From positions 94,364,001 to 94,428,000 of the forward strand of contig NC_042998.1 in the NCBI RefSeq assembly GCF_006345805.1: 64,000 bases of DNA, read 5' to 3'. The notes beneath the pieces are model-generated. The model searched no databases and was not told the origin of the DNA. It saw only the letters and a program-made list of their open reading frames with translations. The DNA is from Octopus sinensis (taxonomy: Eukaryota). Positions within the stretch are counted from its first letter, which is position 1, and each line of letters opens with the position of its first letter. The position numbers were made by a program, and so were the translations under genes. Below are positions 26,780 through 40,865 of the stretch, in pieces.

Positions 26780-27236
26780 TATATAGAAAATAGTAAAGTG
26801 TGAAAAAACGACAGAAGGCTTAAATGTTAAAAAATATATATATTTGTGCAAAATGTCTGGAGAATATTGGAAAAATTTTTTTCCTTTCCTTAAATGACAT
26901 AATTTAAAATTTTTTTAAAGAAAATTACCGGTTTCGCATATAGCTTTTCAAATTTCTTGTGACGTTATGTTTATATGCATGGAGTTATCGTTGTGTTTAT
27001 TTTCTCCTGAAAATAAACACAACGATAACTCCATGCAATATAACCATAACGTCACAAGAAATTTGAAAAGCTACACCGCGAAACCGTTAATTTCTTTTAA
27101 AAAATTTTAAAATTATGTCATTTTAAGGAAAGGAAAAAAATTTTTCCAAATTCTCCAGACATTTTGACACAAATATATATATTTTTTAACATTTAAGCCT
27201 TCTTCGTTTTTTTCACACTTTACTATTTTCTTATAT
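26780..27236. repeat. About 455 bp palindrome with 4 nt loop, probable Penelope pLTR fold-back
   Basis: GTTATCGTTGTGTTTATTTTC-TCCT-GAAAATAAACACAACGATAAC, loop at 27005-27008. Confidence 0.93.
26918..26958 (-). ncRNA. Minimal hammerhead motif, U3-A8 variant (left arm); mirror copy at 27056-27096 on +
   Basis: AAGAAAU UUGAAAA GC-UAUAU-GC GAAAC CG GUA^AUUUUCUU, with palindrome ACCGGU. The right arm has a 7 bp stem I but a UUA triplet. Confidence 0.65.
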
Positions 27237-27271
27237 ATTATAGATATATATATATATATATATATAATATG

Positions 27272-30002
27272 TTTATATATATAAATGGCAGTTTGTCTGG
27301 TCTGTGTGTCTGGTTGTACCCTCACCCTGACCACGGCTTTCAACCGATTCTGATGAAACTTGACACACACATAGCCCAATGTCTTAATTCAAAATTAACG
27401 CAGCAAAAAGTTTGAAAAGTTCCCCCAGTTCTGAAAAAAATCGATAAATTCGACATGGGGTCGAGAATCTAAGCTTTTCATATTTGAACACATTTCTGTT
27501 GTAGTTTTCGCAACTTGCAATCGATTTTCAACCAAACTCATGTTGAAGCTTAATGTTACCCTAAGAAACTTAATTCTGACGTTAGTTTTCCATGCAATAC
27601 CTTACCATCAGAAAAAATCGATAAAAATCATGCCATTTTGGGGAATCGCATTCAAATTCAAGATGACATATTTTCGACAATATCTTTAACAAATTGGCAG
27701 GAATTTTTTTTTAATTCACAGTGAGCATCATGTCTGCTCCAAGGAGCTATATGGCCCTTTTTATTCCAATAGGATACTTTATTACTGGAAAAAATCGGTT
27801 AATTTAAATCATATGTGGCACACATAGCAAAACCGATTTGTGTATTAAATACAAACCACAGACTGTCTAGGGGACGCAACTCGACCTTTTTAACTTTCTA
27901 CTCTCCCAAATAACTATCAAACAGCTATCGATAATTCAACCCAACCAATTCCTACCAGGAAGAAATTACATTCGAACATCCCACCAAACCAGCAAGAATG
28001 CTTCTACCTCCGTCTCCTTCTACATGAGGTCACTGGTCCAACAGGTTTCGGCAATATATCAATGGGGTTCTGTGCGACACCTTCAGGGAAGCATGTATGA
28101 GACTTTGCCTTCTAGAGGATGACTCCCAGTGGGACGCCACTATGGCAGAGGGCGCTTTACTGCCAAACGCCTTCGGCCCACGACATCTTTTCGCAAATCC
28201 TTCTTCAAAAAGTCAGCTTAGTGACCCACTAAGTTCTGGATGAAATACAGGGATGACATGTCGCAGGACTTCTTATGTACGGCTCAGCAACACTGCCCTT
28301 CCGCCGAGATCATGTTCACCAACTTCATTTACAAGTTTGCACTTATTCAATCAAAGAGGCTGTCATCGATATGGGTGGCTCTGCTTTAACAGAGTACGGC
28401 CTTCCACCACCCACATGTGAACACGCCAATGTTATGTCTGCTGAATTGTTTCATGAAACTTCCTACTGCATTGAGGAACTGCACCAGTATGTCCAAGATA
28501 ATGAACCACGACTGCTTCCAGACCAGCGCATAACCTACAACACCATCGTAGACTCTGTCAGACAGCAACATGGGGGGATTTAGTTCCTTGACGCACCTGG
28601 CGGCACTGGCAAAACCTTCATCACGAAACTAATTCTGGTGGAGGTCAGACACAACACAGACATTGCCCTGGCTGTAGCTTCCTCTGGTATCGTGGCCACG
28701 TTGCTTCCCGGTGGCAGAACCGCCCACTCTGCCTTCAGACTCCCGCTCGATCTGGCAAAGTCCGAGTCACCTATCTGCAACATCGCCAAGAACTCAGAAC
28801 AGGCCGACATTCTGCGCAGATGCAAACTCATTGTATGGGACGAGTGCACTATGGCACACAAAGGCGCCCTTGAGGCACTGGACAGGTCCCTGCAAGACAT
28901 CAGAGACTCTACGGCCCCATGGGAGGATTGACTTTCTTTACTTCTTTAAGGAGACTTCAAGCAGACTCTACCTGTTATTCCAAAAGGGAACCCGTTGCCG
29001 ATGCTGTGCGTGCGTGCCTTAAGCGTCAGCTCTTTGGGCACATGTGCAGCCCTTGCACTCCCAAACTAACATGCGCGCACAGTGATTGGTGACAGCGGAT
29101 CCGCTGCATTCTCCAGGGACCTTTATCGCTTGGTGAAAATAGGATGCCGGCTGATGTGGATGGCTGCGTTCAATTGGACTCACTTTGCAACCACTGTGAC
29201 ACCCCTGCTAGCCTCCGGGATGCTGTCTTCCATGACCTACAAACAATTTACGTGACCTAAAATCGCTGGCAGGCAGAGTATTCTCGCACCCAAAAATACA
29301 ACCGTCAACTCCATCAATATCCAGCTACTAGAAGCTATTCCTGGTGATGTCCACGTCTACAAATCTATAGATAGGACAGCAGACCCCGCCGTGCTTGCCG
29401 ATTATCCTGTTGAATTCCTGAATTCACTTGAACCGCCAGGCCTGCTGCCACACATCCTGAAGTTAAAAGTCGGTGTGCCCATTATGCTCATCAGGAATTT
29501 GGTTCCACCTAAACAGTGCAACAGCACACGTCTGGTTGTGAAACATTTGGCACCACATTTAATAACGGTCACAATACTTACTGGTTGTGGGAAGGAAGAG
29601 GACGTCTTCATTCCACGCATGCACCTTCAATCGTCGGGCACTGAACTACCAATCCACTTCAGGCATTCTCAGTTTCCTGTTAAACTCTGCTTCGCAATGT
29701 TCATCAATAAATCCCAAGGCCAAATGCTACAAGTCGCTGGGTTACATTTGGGCGAACAGTACTTCACCCACGGTCAACACTAGGTGGGCTGTTCACGCGT
29801 TGGGAGCGCAATGATGTTTTCATGTTTTCGCCCAAAGGGACAGCTAGGAACATCGTATACACAGAAGTATTCGAGTGAAGAGAAGACATTGCAGCCTACA
29901 CATGCGCTTTCGTTCCCTAGAGGGGAAAGGACTAGGTTGGGATTAGTCGTTGCCTACTAGGGGCTCTTACATTACCCAGGCAACGCCAGGCTATGCTGCT
30001 AG
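27272..30002 (+). mobile_element. Helitron deletion derivative carrying the helicase half of RepHel
   Basis: 5' (TA)-rich start, 3' CCCAGGCAACGCCAGG hairpin remnant followed by CTAG|T at 29999-30003, PIF1-like coding sequence inside. Confidence 0.9.
27860..29877 (+). pseudogene. Helitron PIF1-family (SF1B) helicase, disrupted; no Rep (HUH) domain
   Basis: ECFYLRLLL..VTGPTGF, FLDAPGGTGKT, VASSGIVATLLPGGRTAHSAF, IVWDECTM, GDFKQ, QFPVKLCFAMFINKSQGQ; stops and frameshifts are present. Confidence 0.93.
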
Positions 30003-30130
30003 TATATATATATATATGTATGTATATGTATATATATATATATATCTATATCTATATATATATATATAATATATATGCATATGTATATATACATATGTAT
30101 ATATATATATGTATATGTATATATATATAT

Positions 30131-30230
30131 NNNNNNNNNNNNNNNNNNNNNNNNNNNNNNNNNNNNNNNNNNNNNNNNNNNNNNNNNNNNNNNNNNNNNN
30201 NNNNNNNNNNNNNNNNNNNNNNNNNNNNNN
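30131..30230. other. Assembly gap (100 N)
   Basis: Read directly; a round length suggests a placeholder of unknown size. Confidence 0.99.
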
Positions 30231-30241
30231 TATATAATATG

Positions 30242-32958
30242 TTTATATATATAAATGGCAGTTTGTCTGGTCTGTGTGTCTGGTTGTACCCTCACCCTGA
30301 CCACGGCTTTCAACCGATTCTGATGAAACTTGACACACACATAGCCCAATGTCTTAATTCAAAATTAACGCAGCAAAAAGTTTGAAAAGTTCCCCCAGTT
30401 CTGAAAAAAATCGATAAATTCGACATGGGGTCGAGAATCTAAGCTTTTCATATGCAACACATTTTCTGTTGTAGTTTTCGCAACTTGCAATCGATTTTCA
30501 CCAAACTCATGTTGAAGCTTAATGTTACCCTAAGAAACTTAATTCTGACGTTAGTTTTCCATGCAATACCTTACCATCAGAAAAAATCGATAAAATCATG
30601 CCATTTTGGGAAATCGCATTCAAATTCAAGATGACATATTTTCGACAATATCTTTAACAAATTGGCAGGAATTTTTTTTTAAATTCACAGTGAGCATCAT
30701 GTCTGCTCCAAGGAGCTATATGGCCCTTTTTATTCCAATAGGATACTTTATTACTGGAAAAAATCGGTTAATTAAATCATATGTGGCACACATAGCAAAC
30801 CGATTTGTGTATTAAATACAAACCACAGACTGTCTAGGGGACGCAACTCGACCTTTTTAACTTTCTTACTCTCCCAAATAACTATCAAACAGCTATCGAT
30901 AATTCAACCCAACCAATTCCTACCAGGAAGAAATTACATTCGAACATCCCACCAAACCAGCAAGAATGCTTCTACCTCCGTCTCCTTCTACATGAGGTCA
31001 CTGGTCCAACAGGTTTCGGCAATATATCAATGGGGTTCTGTGCGACACCTTCAGGGAAGCATGTATGAGACTTTGCCTTCTAGAGGATGACTCCCAGTGG
31101 GACGCCACTATGGCAGAGGGCGCTTTACTGCCAAACGCCTTCGGCCCACGACATCTTTTCGCAAATCCTTCTTCAAAAAGTCAGCTTAGTGACCCACTAA
31201 GTTCTGGATGAAATACAGGGATGACATGTCGCAGGACTTCTTATGTACGGCTCAGCAACACTGCCCTTCCGCCGAGATCATGTTCACCAACTTCATTTAC
31301 AATTTTGCACTTATTCAACTCAAAGAGGCTGTCATCGATATGGGTGGCTCTGCTTTAACAGAGTACGGCCTTCCACCACCCACATGTGAACACGCCAATG
31401 TTATGTCTGCTGAATTGTTTCATGAAACTTCCTACTGCATTGAGGAACTGCACCAGTATGTCCAAGATAATGAACCACGACTGCTTCCAGACCAGCGCAT
31501 AACCTACAACACCATCGTAGACTCTGTCAGACAGCAACATGGGGGGATTTAGTTCCTTGACGCACCTGGCGGCACTGGCAAAACCTTCATCACGAAACTA
31601 ATTCTGGTGGAGGTCAGACACAACACAGACATTGCCCTGGCTGTAGCTTCCTCTGGTATCGTGGCCACGTTGCTTCCCGGTGGCAGAACCGCCCACTCTG
31701 CCTTCAGACTCCCGCTCGATCTGGCAAAGTCCGAGTCACCTATCTGCAACATCGCCAAGAACTCAGAACAGGCCGACATTCTGCGCAGATGCAAACTCAT
31801 TGTATGGGACGAGTGCACTATGGCACACAAAGGCGCCCTTGAGGCACTGGACAGGTCCCTGCAAGACATCAGAGACTCTACGGCCCCCATGGGAGGATTG
31901 ACTTTACTTCTTTAAGGAGACTTCAAGCAGACTCTACCTGTTATTCCAAAAGGAACCCGTGCCGATGCTGTGCGTGCGTGCCTTAAGTCGTCAGCTCTTT
32001 GGGCACATGTGCAGCCCTTGCACCTCCAAACTAACATGCGCGCACAGTTGATTGGTGACAGCGGATCCGCTGCATTCTCCAGGGACCTTTTATCGCTTGG
32101 TGAAAATAGGATGCCGGCTGATGTGGATGGCTGCGTTCAATTGGACTCACTTTGCACCACTGTTGACACCCCTGCTAGCCTCCGGGATGCTGTCTTCCAT
32201 GACCTACAAAACAATTTACGTGACCTAAAATCGCTGGCAGGCAGAGCTATTCTCGCACCCAAAAATACAACCGTCAACTCCATCAATATCCAGCTACTAG
32301 AAGCTATTCCTGGTGATGTCCACGTCTACAAATCTATAGATAGGACAGCAGACCCCGCCGTGCTTGCCGATTATCCTGTTTGAATTCCTGAATTCACTTG
32401 AACGCCAGGCCTGCTGCCACACATCCTGAAGTAAAAGTCGGTTGTGCCCATATGCTCATCAGGAATTTGGTTCCACCTAAACAGTGCAAACAGCACACGT
32501 CTGGTTGTGAAACATTTGGCACCAATTTAATAACGGCACAATACTTACTGGTGTGGGGGGAAGAAGAGGACGTCTCATTCACGCATGCCCTTCAATCGCG
32601 GGCACTGAACTCCAATCCACTTCAGGCGTTCTCAGTTTCCTGTTAAAACCTGCTTCGCAATGTTCATCAATAAATCCCAAGGCCAAATGCTACAAGTCGC
32701 TGGGTTACATTTGGGCGAACCAGTACTTCACCACGGTCAACTCTAGGTGGGCGTTCACGCGTTGGGAGCGCAATGATGTTCATGTTTTCGCCAAAGGGAC
32801 AGCTAGGAACATCGTATACACAGAAGTATTCGAGTGAAGGAGAAGAATTGCCAGCCTACACATGCGCTTTCGTTCCCTAGAGGGAAAGGACTAGGTTGGG
32901 ATTAGTCGTTGCCTACTAGGGTCTTACATACCCAGGCAAGCACCCGGCTATGTGCTAG
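30242..32958 (+). mobile_element. Second near-identical copy of the Helitron derivative (offset about 2970 bp)
   Basis: 30231 onward repeats 27261 onward; helicase frames at 31208-32383; CTAG at 32955-32958. Confidence 0.9.
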
Positions 32959-33105
32959 TATATATATAATATATGTATGTATATGATATATATATATATA
33001 TATATAATATATATCTATTATATTATATATATGCATATGTATATATACATATGTATATATATATATGTATATGTATATATATATATGTATATATATATAT
33101 GTATA

Positions 33106-33146
<41 letters not shown>

Positions 33147-33365
33147 CATATATATATATATATGCATATGTTATATATACATATGTATATATACATATGT
33201 ATATATATATATGTATATGTATATATATATATTGTATATTATATAGGTATATATATTATTATATATATTTGTATATATATATATATATATTATTATATAG
33301 AATAATAGAATATATTTATATATATATATGTATTATTTTATATATAATAGGTGCATGAGGGCTAT

Positions 33366-33650
33366 AGGCACAGGAGTGACTGTGTGGGAAGTAGCTGTTA
33401 CCAACCACATAGTTGGGTTCAGTTCCCACTGCATGACACCTTATGCAAGTATCTTCTTCTATAGCCTCAGCTGATCAAAGTCTTGTTGTGGATTTGGTAG
33501 GTTAGTAGATGGGAAACTGAAAGAAGCCTGTCGATATTTATATATATATATATATATATAGTATATATATATATATATATATATAAACAGGTGTATTATG
33601 TTTGCATTTCTGTGTTTATCCATCCCATCATTGCTGACAAGAGAGAGAAA
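33366..33650 (+). mobile_element. tRNA-derived SINE, major family, degraded
   Basis: CAGGAGTGACTGTGTGGGAAGTAGC head and GATTTGGTAG...GAAACTGAAAGAAGCC body. Confidence 0.7.
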
Positions 33651-33929
33651 GAGGAGAAAAACGAAGGAAGAAAAAGATTGTATAGAGTGGCATCAGAATT
33701 AATAAGATAAAACTTACTTGGAAGAGGACGTGTGGTGTTCAATCATTATAATAATAATAAATGCTAATATATAATATATCAATATATATATATATATATA
33801 TTGCATATGCATATATGCATACATATATGTGCATTCTTACATCTATACATATAGATATATGCATATGCGGGCACGGGACATCACGAAACATGTACAACAA
33901 AAAAATACAAAGTATGAGTACATGGATTA

Positions 33930-34755
33930 TGAACTATTTTTTCAAACAACCCAGTTTCCTCAAAAACTGTTTGCTGAGAGCTGTACAAAGCTGGATTTTA
34001 TGGGAGGGCTGTGATCAGAAAACTACTGGTTTCAAAAACAAATCTTGCAAAGTGTTTTGAGTGAAGTAAAAACCTACAGAATTGGTCCCTAGAGAAGTGG
34101 AAGAAGGCTTTATTCCCAGACGAGTGATCTTTTACCTTATTTTTCAACCACCAGCCGAGTATAATGTACAGAGACAGCTGAAAGAAGCATTTGACCCAGA
34201 CTGACTTCCTCCAACTGTTAAACATGGAGAAGGATGTGAGACAATCGGGGGTGGGGGCTATATCTTAGAAATTCGCTGGTCCAATGGTTTCCCTTCATGG
34301 CAGAATTAATAGTCAAAACTATTTAAGCATTTTATCTCATCAAATTTATCCTATGGTTGTGGAACTGTTTCCAGATGGAAATGCAATCTTTCAGGATGAA
34401 AATGCACCAATTCACACAGCTAAAGTTGTTACTGAATGGCACAAGGAACATTCTAGTGAAGTTCAACATCTTATGTGGTCACCACAGTCCCCAGACCTCA
34501 ATTATTATTGAACATTTATGGTGCATTTTAGAAAAAACAGGTAAGGAATCAATATCCTCCACCATCATCACTACAAGAACTGAAGACTGTTTTAGCAGAA
34601 TGGACAAAACTTCCTTTGGAAACAATTCAAACTTTGTACAAGTCCATACCTCGTAGAATTCAAACTATAGTTACTGCCAAAGGCAGTCCTACCCCATTTT
34701 AAAATAAATTTGTTTGAAATTTTAGGATGTTTCCATTACGTTGTCCCACCCCCTG
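33930..34755 (+). mobile_element. Tc1 transposon remnant, same family as 1266-2111, left end missing
   Basis: MVSLHGRINSQNYLSIL...FQDENAPIHTAKVV...WSPQSPDLN, IIEHLW; right TIR GTTTCCATTACGTTGTCCCACCCCCTG|TA. Confidence 0.88.
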
Positions 34756-35000
34756 TATTGATCAACAACAACTGACTTACAGCAATTATATTTTATTATT
34801 ATATAAATATATATACATATACAGAGTAAATAATTCAGGACAAAATATTTGCAAAGATAGATATTATTGACTCTATTATTATCTGATGTAACAATTAAAA
34901 ATGATAATAACAGAATCAATAATATCGGCGATTGCAGACTCATATGTATGTAAGTTTGTACAAATGTATACATACTGTACATGCATATATATATATGTAC

Positions 35001-35039
<39 letters not shown>

Positions 35040-35294
35040 TACATATATGCAAATATATCTCTCTATATATATATGTGTGTGTATGTGTGAGTGTGTATGC
35101 ACATACACACACATATATAGGTGTGTATATATATATATGACATGGTTTATTTATGGTTACAGTTTGGAGGAAAGTGTGATAGAATAAATACAGGGAGCAA
35201 TTTGTTTAACTAAACTTATCAAGGTGATGATCCAGCATGGCCATAATTCAATGACTGAAACAAGTAAAAATTTACATATATATTTATATGTTTT

Positions 35295-35695
35295 TACATC
35301 TTTTATCTTTTATCCTTTACTTGCTTCAGTCATTAGACTGTGGCCATGCTGGGGCACTGCCTTGAGAATTTTTACAAATCAACACCAGTATTTCTTTTGC
35401 TTTGTTTTTGTAAGTCTAGTATTTATTCTTTTCCCAAACCACTTAGCTACAGGGAGGTAAACGCACCAACACCAGCTGTCAAGTGGTGGTGTGTGGGACA
35501 GACACTGACACAAACAGCCACACACACACATATACACAACAGACCTCTTTCTGTTTCCTCCTACCAATTCCACTCAAGGCTTGGTCAATCTGAGGCTACA
35601 GTGGAAAACACTTGCCCAAGGTGCCCATGCTGTAGGATTGAGCCTGGAACCATGGTGTCGGGAAGCAAATTTCCTACTACACAGCCATGCCTCCC
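35295..35695 (-). mobile_element. tRNA-derived SINE, major family
   Basis: Reverse complement of the head and tail. Confidence 0.8.
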
Positions 35696-35699
35696 ACAC

Positions 35700-36011
35700 A
35701 TATATATACATATATATACATAATATAGTATACATATATATATATACATTTAATATTATATATATACAGATAATATATATAATAATATATATATATATGT
35801 ATACATATAATATATGTATACATATAGATATATATGTATATATATATATATGTATACATATATATATGTATACCTATATATATGTAACATATATATAGTA
35901 TACATATATATATGATACATATATATATGTTACATATATATATGTATATATATTATATATATAATATTATTATATATATCTATATACATATATATATGTA
36001 TATATATATAT

Positions 36012-36048
<37 letters not shown>

Positions 36049-36271
36049 ATATTAATATATATATATACTATATATATGTATTACATATATATACTATATG
36101 TATACCTATATATTATATACATGTCTAACAAATATATGTATATATATATATAGTATACATATATAATGTATACATATATATATGTATACAATATATGTAT
36201 ACATATATATATGTATACATATATATATGTAACATATATATACGTATACATATATATTATATAGACATATA

Positions 36272-36333
<62 letters not shown>

Positions 36334-36507
36334 GTATAACATATATATATGTATACCTTATATATATATACATATTATAATATACATATATATATGTATA
36401 CTTATATATTGATATATAGATATATACATATATATATACTATACAATAATATTATACATATATATACATATTATAATTTATAATATAATGATATATATAT
36501 ATTTATA

Positions 36508-36593
<86 letters not shown>

Positions 36594-36660
36594 ATATATT
36601 ATGTATATATCATATATAATAATATGTATATATATAGTTATATATATAATATTATTATAT
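35700..36660. repeat. Degenerate (TA)n field
   Basis: Read directly from the sequence. Confidence 0.97.
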
Positions 36661-36824
36661 TATATAGGCATACACATATATGCAACAGATATACATACAT
36701 ACACACAACATATGTGGGTATGTGTGCATTTGTTTGTGTATGTGCATGATTTATCTACATGCATACATAAAGATGTACATATAGCCTCTTCTCTCTCTCT
36801 CTCTCTATATTTATAATATATGTA

Positions 36825-39190
36825 GACCCAGGAAAAATGGGACGAGGGTGGTTGTGAGCACGACCTTCGAACTTAGGTCTCACCAAGGAAATGACTGAAG
36901 CACCGAGTCCTATGGAAGTGTGCTGTGCAGAGAGGACCGGCAGGACTAGTCAGGCCATATCCCGTGGCCCCTACCTGGGACGTAGTCGATCCACCTGTGC
37001 ATACCTTCCTTCTTGTGACACTTGTGAAGACCTGCTGAGGCAAGTGAAAATCAATCAATCAAAATAGATGAACTCAATGGAATTTGTATCTTTGTGGTAC
37101 CACTGCTGTGGCACACAAGAAAACCATCCGAACGTGGCCGTCCCGTAGCCAGTACATCGCATCGAAGGGCCTCCGTGTCTGTGGGAAACATGGTGGCAAT
37201 AAAAATACCATCGAAGACCCGGCAAGACTAGGTCAGGTCATAACCCGTGGCCCTACCGGGACGTAGTCAGTCCACCGTGTACATACCTTCCTTCTTGTGA
37301 CACTTGTGAAGACCTGTTGAGGCAAGTGAAAATCAAAAAACAAATCAAAATAGATGAACATCAATGGAATTTGTATCTTTGTGGTACCAGTGCCGGTGGC
37401 ACACAAGAATCCATCCGAACATGGCCGTAGTCAGTACCGCATCACTGGCCATCGTGCTGTGGGCACATAACAAAACACCATCCGATCGTGGCCGTTCGCC
37501 AGCCTCATCTAGCAACTGTGTCGGTTTTGTTGCACATTAAAATCACCATCCGAAGAACCGGCAAGACTAGTCAGGCCATAACCCATGGGCCCTACCTGGG
37601 ACGTAGTCAGTCCACCTGTGCATACCGTCCTCCTGTGATACTTGTGAAGGCTGTTGAGGCAAGTGAAAATCAAAATCAAATCAAAAACAATCAAAATAGA
37701 TGAACATCAATGGAAGTTGTATCTTTGTGGTACCAGGCCGGTGGCACACAAGAGAACATCCGAAAGTGGCCGAGTAGTCAGTTCCGCATCGACCGGCCTC
37801 TCGTGCTGATGGGCACGTAACAAACACCATCCGATCATGGCCGTTCGCCAGCCTCATCTGGCACCTGTGTCGGTGGCACATAAAAACACCTTCCGAAGAC
37901 CCGGCAAGACTAGTCAGTCCACCTGTGCATACCTTCCTTCTTGTGACACTTGTGAAGACCTGTTGAGGCAAGTGAAAATCAAAGCAAATCAAAATAGATG
38001 AACATCAATGGAATTGTATCTTGTGGTTACCAGTGCCTGTGGCACACAAGAATCCATCCGAACGTGGCCGTAGTCAGTACCGCATCGACTGGCCATCGTG
38101 CTGTGGGCACATAACAAACACCATCCGATCGTGGCCGTTCGCCAGCCTCATCTAGCACCTGTGTCGGTGGCACATAAAAACACCATCCGAAGACCCGGCA
38201 AGACTAGTCAGGCCATATCCCATGGCCCCTACCTGGGACGTAGTCAGTCCACCTGTGCATACCTTCCTCCTTGTGATACTTGTGAGGCCTGTTGAGGCAA
38301 GTGAAAATCAAAATGAAATCAAAACAATCAAATCAAATCAAATCAAATCAAAACAAATCAAAATAGATGAACATTAATGGAATTGTATCTTTGTGGTACC
38401 AGTGCCGGTGGCACACAAGAAAACCATCCGAACGTGGCCGTAGCCAGTACCGCACCGACTGGCCTCCGTGCTGTGGGCACGTAACAAACACCATCCGATC
38501 GTGGCCGTTCGCCAGCCTCATCTGGCACCTGTGTCGGTGGCACATAAAAACACCATCCGAAGACCCGGCAAGACTAGTCAGGCCATAACCTGTGGCCCCT
38601 ACCTGGGACGTAGTCAGTCCACCTGTGCATACCTTCCTCCTTGTGACACTTGTGAAGACCTGTTGTGGCAAGTGAAAATCAAAACAAATCAAAATAGATG
38701 AACATCAATGGAATTTGTATCTTTGTGGTACCAGTGCCGGTGGCACGTGGCACACAAGAAAACCATCCGAACGTGGCCGTAGCCAGTACCGCATCGACTG
38801 GCCTCCGTGCTGTGGGCACGTAACAAACACCATCCGATCGTGGCCGTTTGCCAGCCTCATCTGGCACCTGTGTCGGTGGCACATAAAAACACCATCCGAA
38901 GACCCGGCAAGACTAGTCAGGCCTTAACCTGTGGCCCCTACCTGGGACGTAGTCACTCCACCTGTGCATACCTTCCTCCTTGTGACACTTGTGAAGACCT
39001 GTTGAGGCAAGTGAAAATCAAAACAAATCAAAATAGATGAACATCAATGGAATTTGTATCTTTGTGGTACCAGTGCCGGTGGCACGTGGCACACAAGAAA
39101 ACCATCCGAACGTGGCCGTAGCCAGTACCGCATCGACTGGCCTCCGTGCTGTGGGCACATAAAAACACCATCCGAGCGTGGCCGTCTCCC
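36825..39190 (+). repeat. RTE ORF end followed by a tandem array of about 7 units (290-370 bp) of RTE 3' UTR
   Basis: Lead-in reads RPRKKWDE...HDLRTLGLTKEMT. The unit anchor AAAATAGATGAAC recurs near 37061, 37347, 37693, 37991, 38360, 38691 and 39030. Confidence 0.92.
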
Positions 39191-39431
39191 ACATATGTGT
39201 AATGGCAATGATGATGGTGATGATGATATATACACATACATATACATTTATTAGCATATTTTTAGGCATCTAATCATAGATATACATAGACAAAATGTTA
39301 TATACAAGTATAAGAAGTGGGAGATCAAAGAGAGAGAGAGAGAGAGAGCGAGAGAGGCTTGATGAAAAAGAGAGAAGTCTTTTTAATATTTTTCTAATTT
39401 AATATCTACCTAGCTATTTCTCTGTATGTAT

Positions 39432-39502
<71 letters not shown>

Positions 39503-39508
39503 TATGTG

Positions 39509-39540
<32 letters not shown>

Positions 39541-39655
39541 TGTATGTATGTGCATGTATGCGTGTGTGCATATGCATATATATATATATAATATTATATA
39601 TATATATATATATACACACATGTATATATATATATATATATATATATCTATATAG

Positions 39656-39688
<33 letters not shown>

Positions 39689-40569
39689 CACATACATACG
39701 TATATATATATACACACAGACACACACACACACGCACACACACACACATATATGTGTGTGTACGTACATATGTATGAAATCAATATATATATATCTATAT
39801 AGTAATTAATTATATATACATATATATACGTAGATATATGTAGTACAATTATGTAATATATATATATATACATATATGTGTATGTGTGTGTGTGTGCATG
39901 TATATTTATGGGCATGTATATATGTATGTGCATGTATGCACATATTCACAAACACATATACACATAGACAGACGCACACACACACACACGCACACACGGA
40001 TAATTAATCATCATCCTGAAAAGGTTTTGAAAATGTTTTGTTTCATTTTATTTTACAACATTTGTTTATGGCATTAGAGAATTTCTAGAACAAGTTGATG
40101 GTTGCAAATCGGTTATTTACGTAATTTTAATTTGAAATTGCTTGTATTTTGTTATATTTTGTTTTTGCTTTTTGCTTTGTTTTGTAAGTTTGCTTTTTTT
40201 TTTTCAGCAATAGTGTGTGGGTGGGAAGGTTATTAAATTCCTTTCCTTTTATGTCATAGTTTTATTTATATGTTTCCTCAATCAAGAGACAGTGATGGTT
40301 GTCAAAAGAAATTTGTCACATCACTAATAAGAAAAACTGCTTCTAAATTTCCACTGGACTCTTCAGGTTGTGATCCTGACCACACACACATACTTTGACA
40401 TACGGCAATAAAAGGGTTGGGCCAGTTTAAAAATATTGCTTATTGATTCCTCTTTTGATGTCATTGCTGTTGGCGCAGCTACGATTCTTTGATAGTTGCA
40501 CAGCAATAAAACGAGAGACCACATTTGATAACGTTTGTCAGATGAAGAAAGACATACAACTGATATACT

Positions 40570-40799
40570 CTTTTACTCTTTTATTTGTTTCAGTCAATTG
40601 ACTGCGGCCATGCTGGAGCACCACCTTTAGTCGAGCAAATCGACTTCAGGACTTATTTTTTTGTAAGCCTAGTGCTTATTCTATCGGTCTCTTATGCTGA
40701 TCTGCTAAGTTATGGGGAGGTAAACACACCAACATCGGCTGTCTAGTGATGTTGGGGGGACAAACACAGACACATAAACATATACACACACACACACAC

Positions 40800-40865
<66 letters not shown>

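Noticed and set aside
27860-29877. Host PIF1 helicase gene
   Set aside because: It is intronless, disrupted, preceded by the RepHel-specific FYLRLLL..V.GP motif, and bounded by Helitron ends.
36825-39190. CRISPR-like repeat-spacer appearance
   Set aside because: The sequence between the repeats is itself repeated, the units are homologous to an RTE 3' UTR, there are no cas genes, and the context is eukaryotic.
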